A stretch of 64,000 nucleotides of DNA from an uncultured Bdellovibrionales bacterium (GCA_964594215.1 CAZQLN010000003.1:25447-89446), one strand, 5' to 3'. Shown: positions 48,097 to 57,478, counted from the stretch's first letter. Program-made: numbers and translations. Notes: generated by a model from the letters alone, not told the origin.

Positions 48097-49413
48097 ATGC
48101 TCGATATTCAATTCATCCGCGATAATCAGGAATTCTTAAGAGAGGTCGCGCTCGCTAAAGGTCTTAGTTTGGATATGGATAAGCTGCTCGCTCTTGATGA
48201 GGAGCGTCGTACTTTGCAACAGGAAGTCGAAGAACTACAGTCACTTAAGAATGATATCAATACCCTCATCAAGGAAGCTAAGACTGATGGTGAGCGCACA
48301 GAAATCATTGCCAAGGGCAAAGAAATTAAAGAAAAGCTTGATGCCCGTGAACCGCTTTACCTAGCTTGTAAGAGTCAGTTTGATTCGTTGATGGTCACTG
48401 TACCAAACATCGTCTCGCCAGATACTCCAGTTGGAAAAAGTGACGAAGAGAATGTGGAGATTATGAACAGTGGTTCAGTGCCAGAGTTCACCTTTGCCCC
48501 ACGTAATCACATAGAGCTTGGAGAGCTGTTGGATATTCTCGATCTTGAGCAGGGAGCCAAAGTATCTGGTTACCGGGGCTATTATCTCAAAAACGAGGGT
48601 GTTCTCTTAGCTATGGGGATAGTTTCTTATGCTTTGGCCAAACTGATTCAAAATGGCTATACCCCGATGTTGCCACCAACCCTCGTGAAGGGTCGAGCCT
48701 TGTTTGGGACTGGTTACTTCAAAGGAGCGGAATACGATCCAAGTGTAGATGAAATCTATCAAGTGGCTACTGATGATGGCGAAGAGGCAACTACTAAAGA
48801 GCCGAAGTTTTTGGTTGGTACAGCTGAACCCTCACTTCTTGCCTATTATGCAGATAAGACCTTAGCGGAAGAAGAACTACCGATTCGAGTAGCTGGAATG
48901 AGTCAGTGCTACAGGAGTGAAATTGGTTCATATGGCAAAGATACCAAGGGTCTTTATCGGGTGCACGAGTTTCAAAAGGTAGAGCAAGTTGTTATCACAC
49001 GGGCCAATCTGGAAGAGGCTAATGCTCTTCAGGATGAGATGATCCGTCTCTCAGAGGAGATGCATGCGGAACTTGGCTTACCGTACCGTAAACTTCAGAT
49101 CTGCACCGGAGATATGAGTGCTGGTAAGTACAGAGCATTTGACCTAGAGGCGTGGATGCCGGGCTTAGCGCGTTATGGAGAAACTGGATCAGCGAGTAAC
49201 TTTCTTGATTGGCAGTCCCGTAGACTCCATGTGAAATACAGAGAGACCGCCACTGGTGAGCGCAAGCATGTCTATATGCTCAATAACACTGCTTTACCGG
49301 TACCGCGTATCTTGATCGCCATTCTTGAGAACTATCAACAAGAAGACGGTAGCGTGGTGATACCTGAGATTTTGCGTCCATATATAGGAAAAGACGTGAT
49401 AGCAGTCAAGTAA
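48097..49413 (+). CDS. serS: serine--tRNA ligase
   Basis: MLDIQFIR, GTAE, CYRSEIGSYGKDTKGLYRVHEFQKVEQ, ILENYQ. Confidence 0.97.
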   Translation: MLDIQFIRDNQEFLREVALAKGLSLDMDKLLALDEERRTLQQEVEELQSLKNDINTLIKEAKTDGERTEIIAKGKEIKEKLDAREPLYLACKSQFDSLMVTVPNIVSPDTPVGKSDEENVEIMNSGSVPEFTFAPRNHIELGELLDILDLEQGAKVSGYRGYYLKNEGVLLAMGIVSYALAKLIQNGYTPMLPPTLVKGRALFGTGYFKGAEYDPSVDEIYQVATDDGEEATTKEPKFLVGTAEPSLLAYYADKTLAEEELPIRVAGMSQCYRSEIGSYGKDTKGLYRVHEFQKVEQVVITRANLEEANALQDEMIRLSEEMHAELGLPYRKLQICTGDMSAGKYRAFDLEAWMPGLARYGETGSASNFLDWQSRRLHVKYRETATGERKHVYMLNNTALPVPRILIAILENYQQEDGSVVIPEILRPYIGKDVIAVK

Positions 49414-49419
49414 ATATGG

Positions 49420-49448
49420 TTGACTAGTAGAGGGATATTGCGTACAAT
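49420..49448 (+). promoter_or_regulatory. tRNA promoter
   Basis: TTGACT-17 nt-TACAAT. Confidence 0.75.
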
Positions 49449-49469
49449 ATCTTCTGTTACCTTCATTTT

Positions 49470-49542
49470 GGGTGTGTAGCTCAGTTGGTAGAGCAGTGGC
49501 CTTTTAAGCCAACGGTCGCAGGTTCGAGCCCTGCCACACCCA
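49470..49542 (+). tRNA. tRNA-Lys (anticodon UUU), CCA not encoded
   Basis: GGGTGTG/CACACCC acceptor stem, AGCTCAGTTGGTAGAGC D-arm, CTTTTAA loop, GGTTCGAGCCC T-arm. Confidence 0.96.
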
Positions 49543-49571
49543 CAAATTAATTCAATTACATATTTTTTATT

Positions 49572-50021
49572 ATGTATATTTGGAGAATAGAAGACTTGAA
49601 AAGGGATCTTAAACAAGGGTCTCTCTCAGAGAAAGAATCTTTGAAATATCTACTGATTTTTCTCTTTTTTACTTCCCTAGAAGCTATTCCTATGGAGGGG
49701 AGTAATAAGTGGGACTTATACAGCGCGATTGCTTTTGGAGTCATCACTATTTTAGGAACTTGGTATTTATATATTTGTAATGGAGGAGAACAAGGAAAGG
49801 ATTTTGTGCAACGCTATCTGTCTCTCGGGTTGGTTGTAGCCATTCGTTGGACAGGGTTTGTGTTCCTACCCCTTTTTATTATTTATTTGGTAGTTTTTGG
49901 AGGTGTAGAGATGCGGTCGGGTGAAACAACCTTTCCTTATATGTTATTTGGGACATTTGCTGTACTGACATATTATGTATTACTTGCAAAGCATTTCAAG
50001 GATGTTGGAAAAAGAGACTAA
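49572..50021 (+). CDS. hypothetical membrane protein
   Basis: About 4 TM segments, NGG..GKDFV.RY. Confidence 0.75.
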   Translation: MYIWRIEDLKRDLKQGSLSEKESLKYLLIFLFFTSLEAIPMEGSNKWDLYSAIAFGVITILGTWYLYICNGGEQGKDFVQRYLSLGLVVAIRWTGFVFLPLFIIYLVVFGGVEMRSGETTFPYMLFGTFAVLTYYVLLAKHFKDVGKRD

Positions 50022-50044
50022 ACATTTTTTCCCCCATCATCATT

Positions 50045-50071
50045 AAAAGCTCTCTCGCGGGAGCTTTTTTT
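50045..50071 (+). terminator. intrinsic terminator
   Basis: aaaagctctc-tcgc-gggagctttt followed by more T. Confidence 0.75.
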
Positions 50072-50105
50072 ATTCTCCACAAAAGGGTATAATAAGGGAA
50101 AAGTT

Positions 50106-51179
50106 ATGATACAAAGATCACTTCTCTTTTTTGGGATTCTTTTTCTCCTTACAGGCTGTAGCATCAGTTTACCAGTAGGTAACTCTAGTAGTGCAGCTAC
50201 TGGGAGTGTTTACAAATCTACCAATGGTGGAGAAACTTTTGAGCCCAAGATCAAAATCGACGACAAAACATCTATTTCTTCGGCGGATGTTCTTTCGGTA
50301 GCTATCCATCCAACGAATAGTCAAATTGTCTATCTTGGCACCGAGAGTACCGGTCTTTTCCGTACAACCAATGGAGGTGATAGTTGGGAAAAAATTGTCT
50401 TTCCGCCTACCAAGATCTACGGCCTTTCTGTTGATAATACCAATGGAGATCGTATTTTCGCGACGGGTATCTATGAGAAGACGGGTAAAATCTATCGTTC
50501 TTTTGATGCTGGAGCTAATTGGAAAGAGATTTACACTGAACCCGGGTCAAATACGGTTATTACCTCGCTTACACTTGATACCACTAATCCAAATATTGTT
50601 TATGCGGGTACGAGTGCCGGAGTAGTTATCCGAAGTACTGATGGTGGAGAAACTTGGAAAAACGTCGTAGTTGCCAAGGGGCCAGTAACAGAGATGGCTG
50701 TAACGGATAGAACCATTCTTCTAACTATTTTTGCTTTGGGCACGGAGGTCTCTTTTGATCAGGGAGCTACATTTGAGGATAATACCAAATCAGGTATCAC
50801 AACCCGGGTTGCTAACACGACTGACCAAACAAACCTAGTCTTACCAGAGAGTCTCTATACGGTTGCTAAAGATCCTAGGCAGCCTGGCGTGTTCATTGCT
50901 GGTGCTGCAAATGGCCTTTTCCGCACAGCTGACTATGGGAAGAATTGGACAGAACTAGATATTATCGAGAGCTCCAAGAAATTCCCTATTCGAGCAGTGG
51001 CTATTAATCCCGCTAATTCTAATGAGGTAGTGTATGCTTCTGGCGGGGTTCTTTATAAGTCTATTGATGGAGGAGTGAAGTGGTCAACAGCCGAACTCAA
51101 GATCGGTCGAGGTGTCAGCCATCTCTTTTACGACCCGGTTACACCGAGTACCCTTTTCTTCACGCTCCGTAAGTTTTAG
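50106..51179 (+). CDS. lipoprotein with BNR/Asp-box repeats (VPS10/YCF48-like beta-propeller)
   Basis: LTGC lipobox; repeated S/T-x-D/N-G-G-x-T/S-W/F. Confidence 0.85.
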   Translation: MIQRSLLFFGILFLLTGCSISLPVGNSSSAATGSVYKSTNGGETFEPKIKIDDKTSISSADVLSVAIHPTNSQIVYLGTESTGLFRTTNGGDSWEKIVFPPTKIYGLSVDNTNGDRIFATGIYEKTGKIYRSFDAGANWKEIYTEPGSNTVITSLTLDTTNPNIVYAGTSAGVVIRSTDGGETWKNVVVAKGPVTEMAVTDRTILLTIFALGTEVSFDQGATFEDNTKSGITTRVANTTDQTNLVLPESLYTVAKDPRQPGVFIAGAANGLFRTADYGKNWTELDIIESSKKFPIRAVAINPANSNEVVYASGGVLYKSIDGGVKWSTAELKIGRGVSHLFYDPVTPSTLFFTLRKF

Positions 51180-51219
51180 CGTATACTAAGGGTATTATCA
51201 GTATTTATCAGCCGTTGCT

Positions 51220-51777
51220 ATGATCAAAGAATTGTTAGAAAGCCACGACCAAGCCTGGAATAGCGCATTGGATCATTTTAGTCTGGAAGCCTCAAAAATC
51301 CGTACTGGAAGAGCGAATCCAAGTCTCGTAGAGAATATTAGCGTGGATTATTATGGTACTCGTACACCACTGAGTCAGGTGGCTAGTATTAGTGTGCCAG
51401 AAGCTCGTCAGTTGTTGATTCAGCCTTGGGATAAGGGGACACTTCCTCTTATTGAGGCTGCTATTCGTGAATCAGATCTGGGTCTCAATCCAGGTAATGA
51501 TGGGACTGGTATCCGCATTATCCTTCCAGCGTTGACTGAAGATCGTCGCAAGGAATTAGTCAAAGTTCTTAATGCCAAAGCTGAAGATGCTCGTATCGCT
51601 ATTCGGGCTACTCGTGAAGATATCTGGAAAGCGATTCAAGATGGTGAAAAGCGTGGAGAAATTACCGAAGATGATAAGTTTAGCGCCAAAGATGAACTCC
51701 AAAAAGTGGTTGATGATTATAATCAGAAACTTGAGGTACTCCGTAAAAAGAAAGAAGAGGAGATTTTGACAGTCTAA
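51220..51777 (+). CDS. frr: ribosome recycling factor
   Basis: IRTGRANP, VDYYG, IQPWD, LTEDRRKELVK. Confidence 0.97.
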   Translation: MIKELLESHDQAWNSALDHFSLEASKIRTGRANPSLVENISVDYYGTRTPLSQVASISVPEARQLLIQPWDKGTLPLIEAAIRESDLGLNPGNDGTGIRIILPALTEDRRKELVKVLNAKAEDARIAIRATREDIWKAIQDGEKRGEITEDDKFSAKDELQKVVDDYNQKLEVLRKKKEEEILTV

Positions 51778-51798
51778 TCTGTAGCGATAGCTAGACCT

Positions 51799-52953
51799 AT
51801 GTTGAGTATTTTGATTTTTATTGCCGTTCTTGGCCTTTTGGTGTTCATCCATGAATTGGGCCATTTTTTGACGGCTAAATTCTATGGTATCCACTCTGAA
51901 GAATTTGGGTTTGGTTTTCCACCACGCTTGGCAGGGGTATACAAAGATGAGACTACTGGCAAATACCGTCTGGTGTGGGGAAACAAGGAAGTGCCAACCA
52001 AGAACACCGTCTATTCGCTCAACTGGATTCCCCTTGGAGGTTTTGTCAAAATTAAAGGTGAGGATGGTATTACTGTTACTGAGGAAAAAGATAGCTTTGC
52101 TGAGAAAAGTGCTTGGATCAGAATTCAGGTGACCGTAGCGGGGGTAGTCATGAACCTGATTTTGGCTTGGGTCCTTATCTCGATTGTCTTCATGATGGGT
52201 CTACCACAACCTATTGAAGAAAGTGAACGCGCTCAATACCCAGACGCTCGGATCCAGATTCTCTCTGTGGCTCCCAATAGTCCAGCTGCGAGTATCGGTC
52301 TTCAACCGGGAGATATCATCAACTCCTTAGATGGACAGAGAGTGACTACTCTTGAGGAAGTGGGTACGCATATTCGGGCACAAAAAGGTAAAGATGTAGC
52401 GATAGAGATTAATCGTTTTGGTAAAGAAATGACTGTCCATGGTACGCCTCGTGTTGAGACGGTAGCTAATGAGGGGGCACTCGGTATTTCATATTCTTTC
52501 ACTGCTACTGTAACCTATTCATTTTTCTCAGCTATCGGTCATGCCTTTGTTACTACCTATACTGTGACAGCCGCTATTTTTGAAGCCTTTGGAAAAATGA
52601 TTAGCGGACTTCTTGGGGGACATGGTGCTGCTGGTGCTGACATTACTGGACCAGTGGGTATAGTATATCTGACTAAGCAGATGAGTGATCTTGGCTTAGC
52701 CTATCTCTTGCAGTTTGCGGCCCTTCTTTCTATCAATCTTGCTATTATCAATATTCTTCCAATTCCAGCTCTTGATGGAGGGAGAATTCTTTTTATCTTG
52801 ATTGAAAAGATGAAGGGGCGACCACTCAATCAGCGTATGGAGGGGATTATCCATCAGACAGGCTTTATGCTACTCCTTCTCCTCATGCTTTTTGTCACTA
52901 TCAAAGATTTCATCACTTTTGATATCTTTGGCAAATTCTTTGGTTTATTCTAG
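51799..52953 (+). CDS. rseP: site-2 (M50) metalloprotease with PDZ domain
   Basis: HELGH, GGFVKI, NILPIPALDGG. Confidence 0.93.
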   Translation: MLSILIFIAVLGLLVFIHELGHFLTAKFYGIHSEEFGFGFPPRLAGVYKDETTGKYRLVWGNKEVPTKNTVYSLNWIPLGGFVKIKGEDGITVTEEKDSFAEKSAWIRIQVTVAGVVMNLILAWVLISIVFMMGLPQPIEESERAQYPDARIQILSVAPNSPAASIGLQPGDIINSLDGQRVTTLEEVGTHIRAQKGKDVAIEINRFGKEMTVHGTPRVETVANEGALGISYSFTATVTYSFFSAIGHAFVTTYTVTAAIFEAFGKMISGLLGGHGAAGADITGPVGIVYLTKQMSDLGLAYLLQFAALLSINLAIINILPIPALDGGRILFILIEKMKGRPLNQRMEGIIHQTGFMLLLLLMLFVTIKDFITFDIFGKFFGLF

Positions 52954-52977
52954 AAGAGTGTAACCCCTAAAAGCTTT

Positions 52978-53004
52978 AAAAACCCCTTTAAAGAGGGGTT
53001 TTTG
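52978..53004. terminator. bidirectional terminator
   Basis: aaaaacccct-ttaaag-aggggttttt. Confidence 0.75.
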
Positions 53005-53022
53005 TATACTCAGCACGGACTA

Positions 53023-53051
53023 TTGACATTTTGGCTAAAATTTGTTATTAT
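53023..53051 (+). promoter_or_regulatory. sigma70-type promoter
   Basis: TTGACA-17 nt-TATTAT. Confidence 0.7.
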
Positions 53052-53089
53052 CTACTGTTATATTTGTAATTTGTATAAGGAGGAAACTT

Positions 53090-53725
53090 ATGAATTATTT
53101 TGATCTGAAGCGTTTATTCAAGGCAAAGTTTTGGACCATGTTCCTGTTTGGACTCTTGGTCGGCACGATAGCTTTTTTTGTGACCATTCTGACGTTGCCG
53201 TATTATCGAGCATCATCTGATTTTTTGGTAGTCCAGACAAGTCAAAACAATCAGGACTTCTATACTCAATTCAAATCTTCTGAGTATCTCGGAAAAGTTT
53301 TGGGCGAAGCTGTCTATTCCGAAAGTTTTATCAACGCGGTCATTGGTACCGGTAAGATCAGTGGTGAAAGTTTACCATTCGATAAGAAGACTCGTTTGGA
53401 TAAATGGAAAGACATGGTGGTGGTCAAGAAGAATCTTGAACTTGGAGTGATCCAAATTTCCGTCGCTGGTAATGATCAGCGCGAAGTAGGGAAAATCATG
53501 GAAGGTATCTCGGATGTTTTGATCAACCAGAATACCCTTTTCCGTGGCGGTAACCCAGATAGTGTTCAGATTCGAGTTCTCTCAGGACCCATTCTTGAGA
53601 AAACTCCTACGATGCTAACTCTTATCAAGATTTTAGGCACAAGCTTTGTAGTTGGTTTCCTCCTCTCACTCCTTTATTTTTTCGGAAAGTCAGAAAAGAG
53701 TACCATGAGACTTTTCGAAGATTAA
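53090..53725 (+). CDS. Wzz/CpsC-like chain-length regulator
   Basis: Two terminal TM helices, PYYRAS; AAGGAGG SD before ATG 53090. Confidence 0.7.
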   Translation: MNYFDLKRLFKAKFWTMFLFGLLVGTIAFFVTILTLPYYRASSDFLVVQTSQNNQDFYTQFKSSEYLGKVLGEAVYSESFINAVIGTGKISGESLPFDKKTRLDKWKDMVVVKKNLELGVIQISVAGNDQREVGKIMEGISDVLINQNTLFRGGNPDSVQIRVLSGPILEKTPTMLTLIKILGTSFVVGFLLSLLYFFGKSEKSTMRLFED

Positions 53726-53858
53726 GTTCTACTTTCTTGTCTTCCTCCTGAATATTTCTGGGGGAAGCAAGAGGGCTGGAATCCAGTTCTCGTAAGGAAA
53801 TGTACCTATCCAACTGAATATATCAACAATCAAACTTTAGTCTAAAGGAGACTGAATC

Positions 53859-54725
53859 ATGAAGTATACCTTCTCAACCGCTCTTGTGGCGGTGTCGCTC
53901 GCTTTTGCTTCCCAGGCCTCGGCCAAGGAAGTGAAGCCGGCAGAGATGGAGGTTCGCGGCCTTCACGCCGTCGAAGCTCCCTGGCAACCAGAGAGTCTGT
54001 CGCTTGACACGCGTCAAGTGCAGGCACTCCAGGTAATTACTATCCCACTTTCGGAGGCAACAAAGAAAGAATGGGCAAAAGTTAACCGTGATAAACGTGG
54101 TATTCGAATGATCGTCGATGGAGAAGATGGCAAGCCTCGGCTTGTTGGACGACCCGTCATCAAGGCGACGTTTCGCGTATTGCTTATGAAGGATGGTGAC
54201 ATTCTTCCTATGAGCGAAGCCGAAATGATTACCACTGGCGGTGAGGCCATCAATATCCTCTTGCCGCCTGACGTTGATTTCCGTGGAACGACAGCCTTTG
54301 TGTTGGCGGATCGCGGACGTCATGCACTTACTCTTGCGGGTGAGATTATCGATCTCGACAAGGGAAAGAAACGACTTATTACGTCCAAGTTGCCCGATCA
54401 AGTTGCCACTTCGGTGGTGGAAGACACGGCTTTGAGTGTACGGGGTGAGCCTTCTGGGTTGTACCTCGATATGCTGGAAGCCACATTTAGCGAACACGCT
54501 GTTCTCAACAACAGTCTTCGCTATTCCGGTCTTCCCGGCACTTTTCTTTCCAAGGATATGACCCGTTACCCTTCGGTGGCGGCTCTCTATACGAGGGAAG
54601 ACACAGTCGGCGATCGCTTGATTACCTGCGGCAATGGAACACTGGATCCGTCCATGTTCACTGGTATTGGAGCCCTTGTTAAAGTGGGCTCCAACCTCAT
54701 CGTCGCACTCAAGAAACGTTGCTAG
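53859..54725 (+). CDS. secreted hypothetical protein
   Basis: Signal peptide MKYTFSTALVAVSLAFASQASA; AAGGAG SD; GC-richer than its neighbours. Confidence 0.8.
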   Translation: MKYTFSTALVAVSLAFASQASAKEVKPAEMEVRGLHAVEAPWQPESLSLDTRQVQALQVITIPLSEATKKEWAKVNRDKRGIRMIVDGEDGKPRLVGRPVIKATFRVLLMKDGDILPMSEAEMITTGGEAINILLPPDVDFRGTTAFVLADRGRHALTLAGEIIDLDKGKKRLITSKLPDQVATSVVEDTALSVRGEPSGLYLDMLEATFSEHAVLNNSLRYSGLPGTFLSKDMTRYPSVAALYTREDTVGDRLITCGNGTLDPSMFTGIGALVKVGSNLIVALKKRC

Positions 54726-54828
54726 GAGAAATTCGATGACCTGGCAGCACGGCAACCCTATCGATCAATTCTGGTCGAGACGGTTGCTCTGTGCGCCGTC
54801 TCGACTTCCATCAAGGAGTGTAAGTATC

Positions 54829-56187
54829 ATGAAACGTTTTCTCCTGACCCTTGGGGTCGCCCTCTCGGTGTCGATGACTGGATTCATTTCCAGTTCGGCA
54901 TCGGCGGCGACCACTCGAAATGCCGAAGGGTATGTCGAGTGGAGCCGGGTGGGCGCCGCTACCATGAACTTGTTTCAGGGTGGTGGTCCACGCCTTGATC
55001 TGGCACGCGTTTATGCGATGCGCCAGATGGGTGTGAGCGAACCTGAAATTGCTCAAGTCCTCCTGGACTTTCATGCAAAAAACTTCGAGGAAGGCGTTAT
55101 CCGCAAGGGTGACAAGTTCAAGACGATGTCTTTTGCTAACAAGAAAGAGGTCAAGGTGATGCATAACGTCATCTTGACTGCAGACGGCGAATACAGGGTT
55201 TGGCGGATGCGCACCAAAAGCGGACTGACTATCACGTTCGTTGAGAAGTGTGCCAATGTCGGCATCGAGGAAACTCCGCCGGCACCGCCTGCCAAAGAAA
55301 ACCCTCCGCCGGTAGAGGAAACTCCGCCGGCACCTCCGCCTCCCTTTGTTCCGCCGACGACGGTCGAAGAAGGCCAGCGTCTCTGCAATAAGCTTCGGGT
55401 CAACGGTGTTCTCGGTTTCGAATGGGAACCGCTCATCCATGGCTCGGACTCGCGTAGCTTGTATGCTGCTGCGGGTATCTATTGCATGCGTCTGACCAAG
55501 TACGGTCAAATCGGTTTCGGTCTCGGTGGCCAAGCTGCCTTCTACGGTGGCAAGGTCAAACATGTTGGTCGTTTCCAGGGCCATCTCTATGGCGCAGGAC
55601 CGGCAGTCATGATCGTGAACGACAAAGGTCTCGACTACGAAGGCAAGTTGATGATCATGGACTACACATCAAGCTACCGCCAAGGTGGCTACCGTTCCCA
55701 TGAGCATCGCACGGTGATTGGGATGAGCCTGGCTCATAACGACTACCGTGGCCGGATTGACGGCACTGGCAAGCCAGAAACGCAGTACTTCGCCTTGTGC
55801 GGAGTGCCGATTGGTGGTCATACCACGGAAACGTGGAATGGTCAGAAAATCGGCAACGGCTCGAAGCTCGGGCTTGTCTGCAACGCTGGCCTTCGGAAGT
55901 ATCTGACGGAGGGCAAGAAGTGGAATCCGTATATTCAAGGCGGACTCCTGGGTGAAGCTCGCAAGGGTGGAGCCGACTTCTTGTCTGGCAGTCTGCGTCT
56001 TGGTGCTTCGAATAAGCATCGGACGATCGGTTGTGGAGCGGGTATCGACGTGAACCTGCTTAAGGGCGGTATCCATCCTGGCCTCGGCTGTTGGGTGGAT
56101 GTTGCTGGCATGGTACGCCACAAGCGTACGGCCTCACGGGCGGCAGCTATTGCAGCTGACCAGCTTCCGGCAACCAAGAACGAATAA
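54829..56187 (+). CDS. secreted protein: N-terminal domain, Pro-rich linker, beta-barrel-like C-terminal domain
   Basis: AAGGAG SD before ATG 54829, signal MKRFLLTLGVALSV...ASA, EETPPAPP repeats and many Gly/aromatic amphipathic strands. Confidence 0.75.
   Translation: MKRFLLTLGVALSVSMTGFISSSASAATTRNAEGYVEWSRVGAATMNLFQGGGPRLDLARVYAMRQMGVSEPEIAQVLLDFHAKNFEEGVIRKGDKFKTMSFANKKEVKVMHNVILTADGEYRVWRMRTKSGLTITFVEKCANVGIEETPPAPPAKENPPPVEETPPAPPPPFVPPTTVEEGQRLCNKLRVNGVLGFEWEPLIHGSDSRSLYAAAGIYCMRLTKYGQIGFGLGGQAAFYGGKVKHVGRFQGHLYGAGPAVMIVNDKGLDYEGKLMIMDYTSSYRQGGYRSHEHRTVIGMSLAHNDYRGRIDGTGKPETQYFALCGVPIGGHTTETWNGQKIGNGSKLGLVCNAGLRKYLTEGKKWNPYIQGGLLGEARKGGADFLSGSLRLGASNKHRTIGCGAGIDVNLLKGGIHPGLGCWVDVAGMVRHKRTASRAAAIAADQLPATKNE
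55267..55334 (+). repeat. 20-bp direct repeat (48-nt period) in the Pro-rich linker
   Basis: gaggaaactccgccggcacc at 55267 and 55315. Confidence 0.85.
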
Positions 56188-56450
56188 CCGGGACTAACGT
56201 CCCAAAGTGATGAACCTCACACTGTTGGCAAATAGCTCCGCAAGGACTATAACGAAAAACGGTTAGCATAGGGACAAGACCCTATGTCAAGGTATAGCGG
56301 ACGCTATACTGGAGCAGACTTTCAGGCAACTGAGAGCGAAGCGACCCGGCCACGAGGTAAAAGGATTGTTGGTGTGTACAGCCAATGAAACTTCATTGCG
56401 ATAAACATTTTCCTCAAGGTCAGCCTCTGCTCACGCATGCTGACCTTTTC
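56188..56450 (+). ncRNA. candidate structured RNA (multi-hairpin 3' element), family unknown
   Basis: Consecutive hairpins, two with GCAA tetraloops, ending in a terminator-like stem. Confidence 0.55.
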
Positions 56451-56452
56451 AT

Positions 56453-56481
56453 TTGACTTTTTATCATTTTAGGTGTATAAT
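56453..56481 (+). promoter_or_regulatory. near-consensus sigma70 promoter
   Basis: TTGACT-17 nt-TATAAT. Confidence 0.8.
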
Positions 56482-56514
56482 ATATTTTAGTTTAAAATGA
56501 TTTTTTAGGATTCT

Positions 56515-57267
56515 ATGCCACAAATAAAGCGGATAATATACTTCACAGCCATTTTGGTCTTGGCTGTGGTCGCTTATACTAAGACTTTTGGTGACCTTAT
56601 AGCAAAACCTTTTGAACAGGAGGTTTGTTGGCAGTTACCAGTTTTTGGAGAACAAGGAGTACCTCATGGTGCTCTTTGGAAACAGGAAACCGTGAGAGAA
56701 GAACATGCACCCGAGGGATATCATGCAGCTGTAGCTTGGATGAATGTGGTAACTACGTGGCCATGTACAGAGGTCTCTGGACCAGCATTAGCAGAAGTAC
56801 GGGCAATACGAATTATAGAAAAAAAAGCTGATGAAGAAAGAGTGGTTTTAAATCAGGTTTTTGATACAGAGAAACGGACTGGTTTTAGTGGGGCTCTTTT
56901 TCAGCGACAACCTTTTTGGTTTGGTCCAGGTGAGGGAAAACTCAGTGGCGGGGTAGCTAGTTTCACTAAGAATGGTCTCGTTATTAATGCGCGGCAAATT
57001 CCTCACAATATCTACCATGGTTGGTCTGATCCACGTATTCATATTGATAATGATGCGCAGTACATTGTAGAGGCGGAAGTTCGGGTAACAGGCACGGCAC
57101 GTTTACAATTAGGCATGGACTATTGGCGGGATCTTGAGAGTGATTACAGTGGCTATGACCCTAATTGTCAGACAAGTAATAACTGCGAAGCCTGGATAGG
57201 GGATTGGCAAGGTGATACAAATGGTCAATTTATCACTCTACGTTCACCGAAGCAATTTCTTCAGTAA
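56515..57267 (+). CDS. membrane-anchored Trp-rich hypothetical protein (possibly carbohydrate-binding)
   Basis: N-terminal TM helix, beta-rich, many Trp; own promoter and terminator. Confidence 0.7.
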   Translation: MPQIKRIIYFTAILVLAVVAYTKTFGDLIAKPFEQEVCWQLPVFGEQGVPHGALWKQETVREEHAPEGYHAAVAWMNVVTTWPCTEVSGPALAEVRAIRIIEKKADEERVVLNQVFDTEKRTGFSGALFQRQPFWFGPGEGKLSGGVASFTKNGLVINARQIPHNIYHGWSDPRIHIDNDAQYIVEAEVRVTGTARLQLGMDYWRDLESDYSGYDPNCQTSNNCEAWIGDWQGDTNGQFITLRSPKQFLQ

Positions 57268-57271
57268 CTGA

Positions 57272-57305
57272 TAAATAGCCCGAAATAGGGCTATTTTTGT
57301 TTTTG
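57272..57305 (+). terminator. intrinsic terminator
   Basis: aaatagccc-gaaata-gggctattttt. Confidence 0.8.
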
Positions 57306-57325
57306 ATAAAGGCATTATTGGACTA

Positions 57326-57478
57326 TTGACAAAAATGCCTTAGGGGTGTATAATGGCTCTTCAAGGTGCTATTCGAGTATCTTGGAGGGTTCCACCTGGG
57401 ACTCAGCAAACCTGGGTTTCCAGGAGTATGATAAGGTTGTTCGACACCTTTCTCCAAAGTCGAACATGGAGAAATACC
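57326..57478 (+). promoter_or_regulatory. consensus promoter and structured 5' UTR with an SD-sequestering switch
   Basis: TTGACA-17 nt-TATAAT, two long hairpins, then competing stems over TGGAG. Confidence 0.7.

Noticed and set aside
49470-50071. tRNA-Lys as an integration site
   Set aside because: No integrase and no duplicated tRNA 3' end were seen in the window.
54634-54828. Upstream extension of the 517-aa ORF (likewise 57353-57478 for the 182-aa ORF)
   Set aside because: The SD and signal peptide place the starts at 54829 and 57479. The extensions are overlap or UTR.
53874-56121. Long minus-strand ORFs (293, 257 and 150 aa) opposite the secreted genes
   Set aside because: Antisense shadows in GC-richer DNA. 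The + strand frames carry the SDs and signal peptides.
56221-56310. Firm call as a c-di-GMP-I riboswitch, hammerhead, RNase P or tmRNA
   Set aside because: Key consensus strings are missing (GACGCAAA, CUGAUGA, GAGGAAAGUCC, tRNA-like ends). Kept only as an unknown structured RNA.
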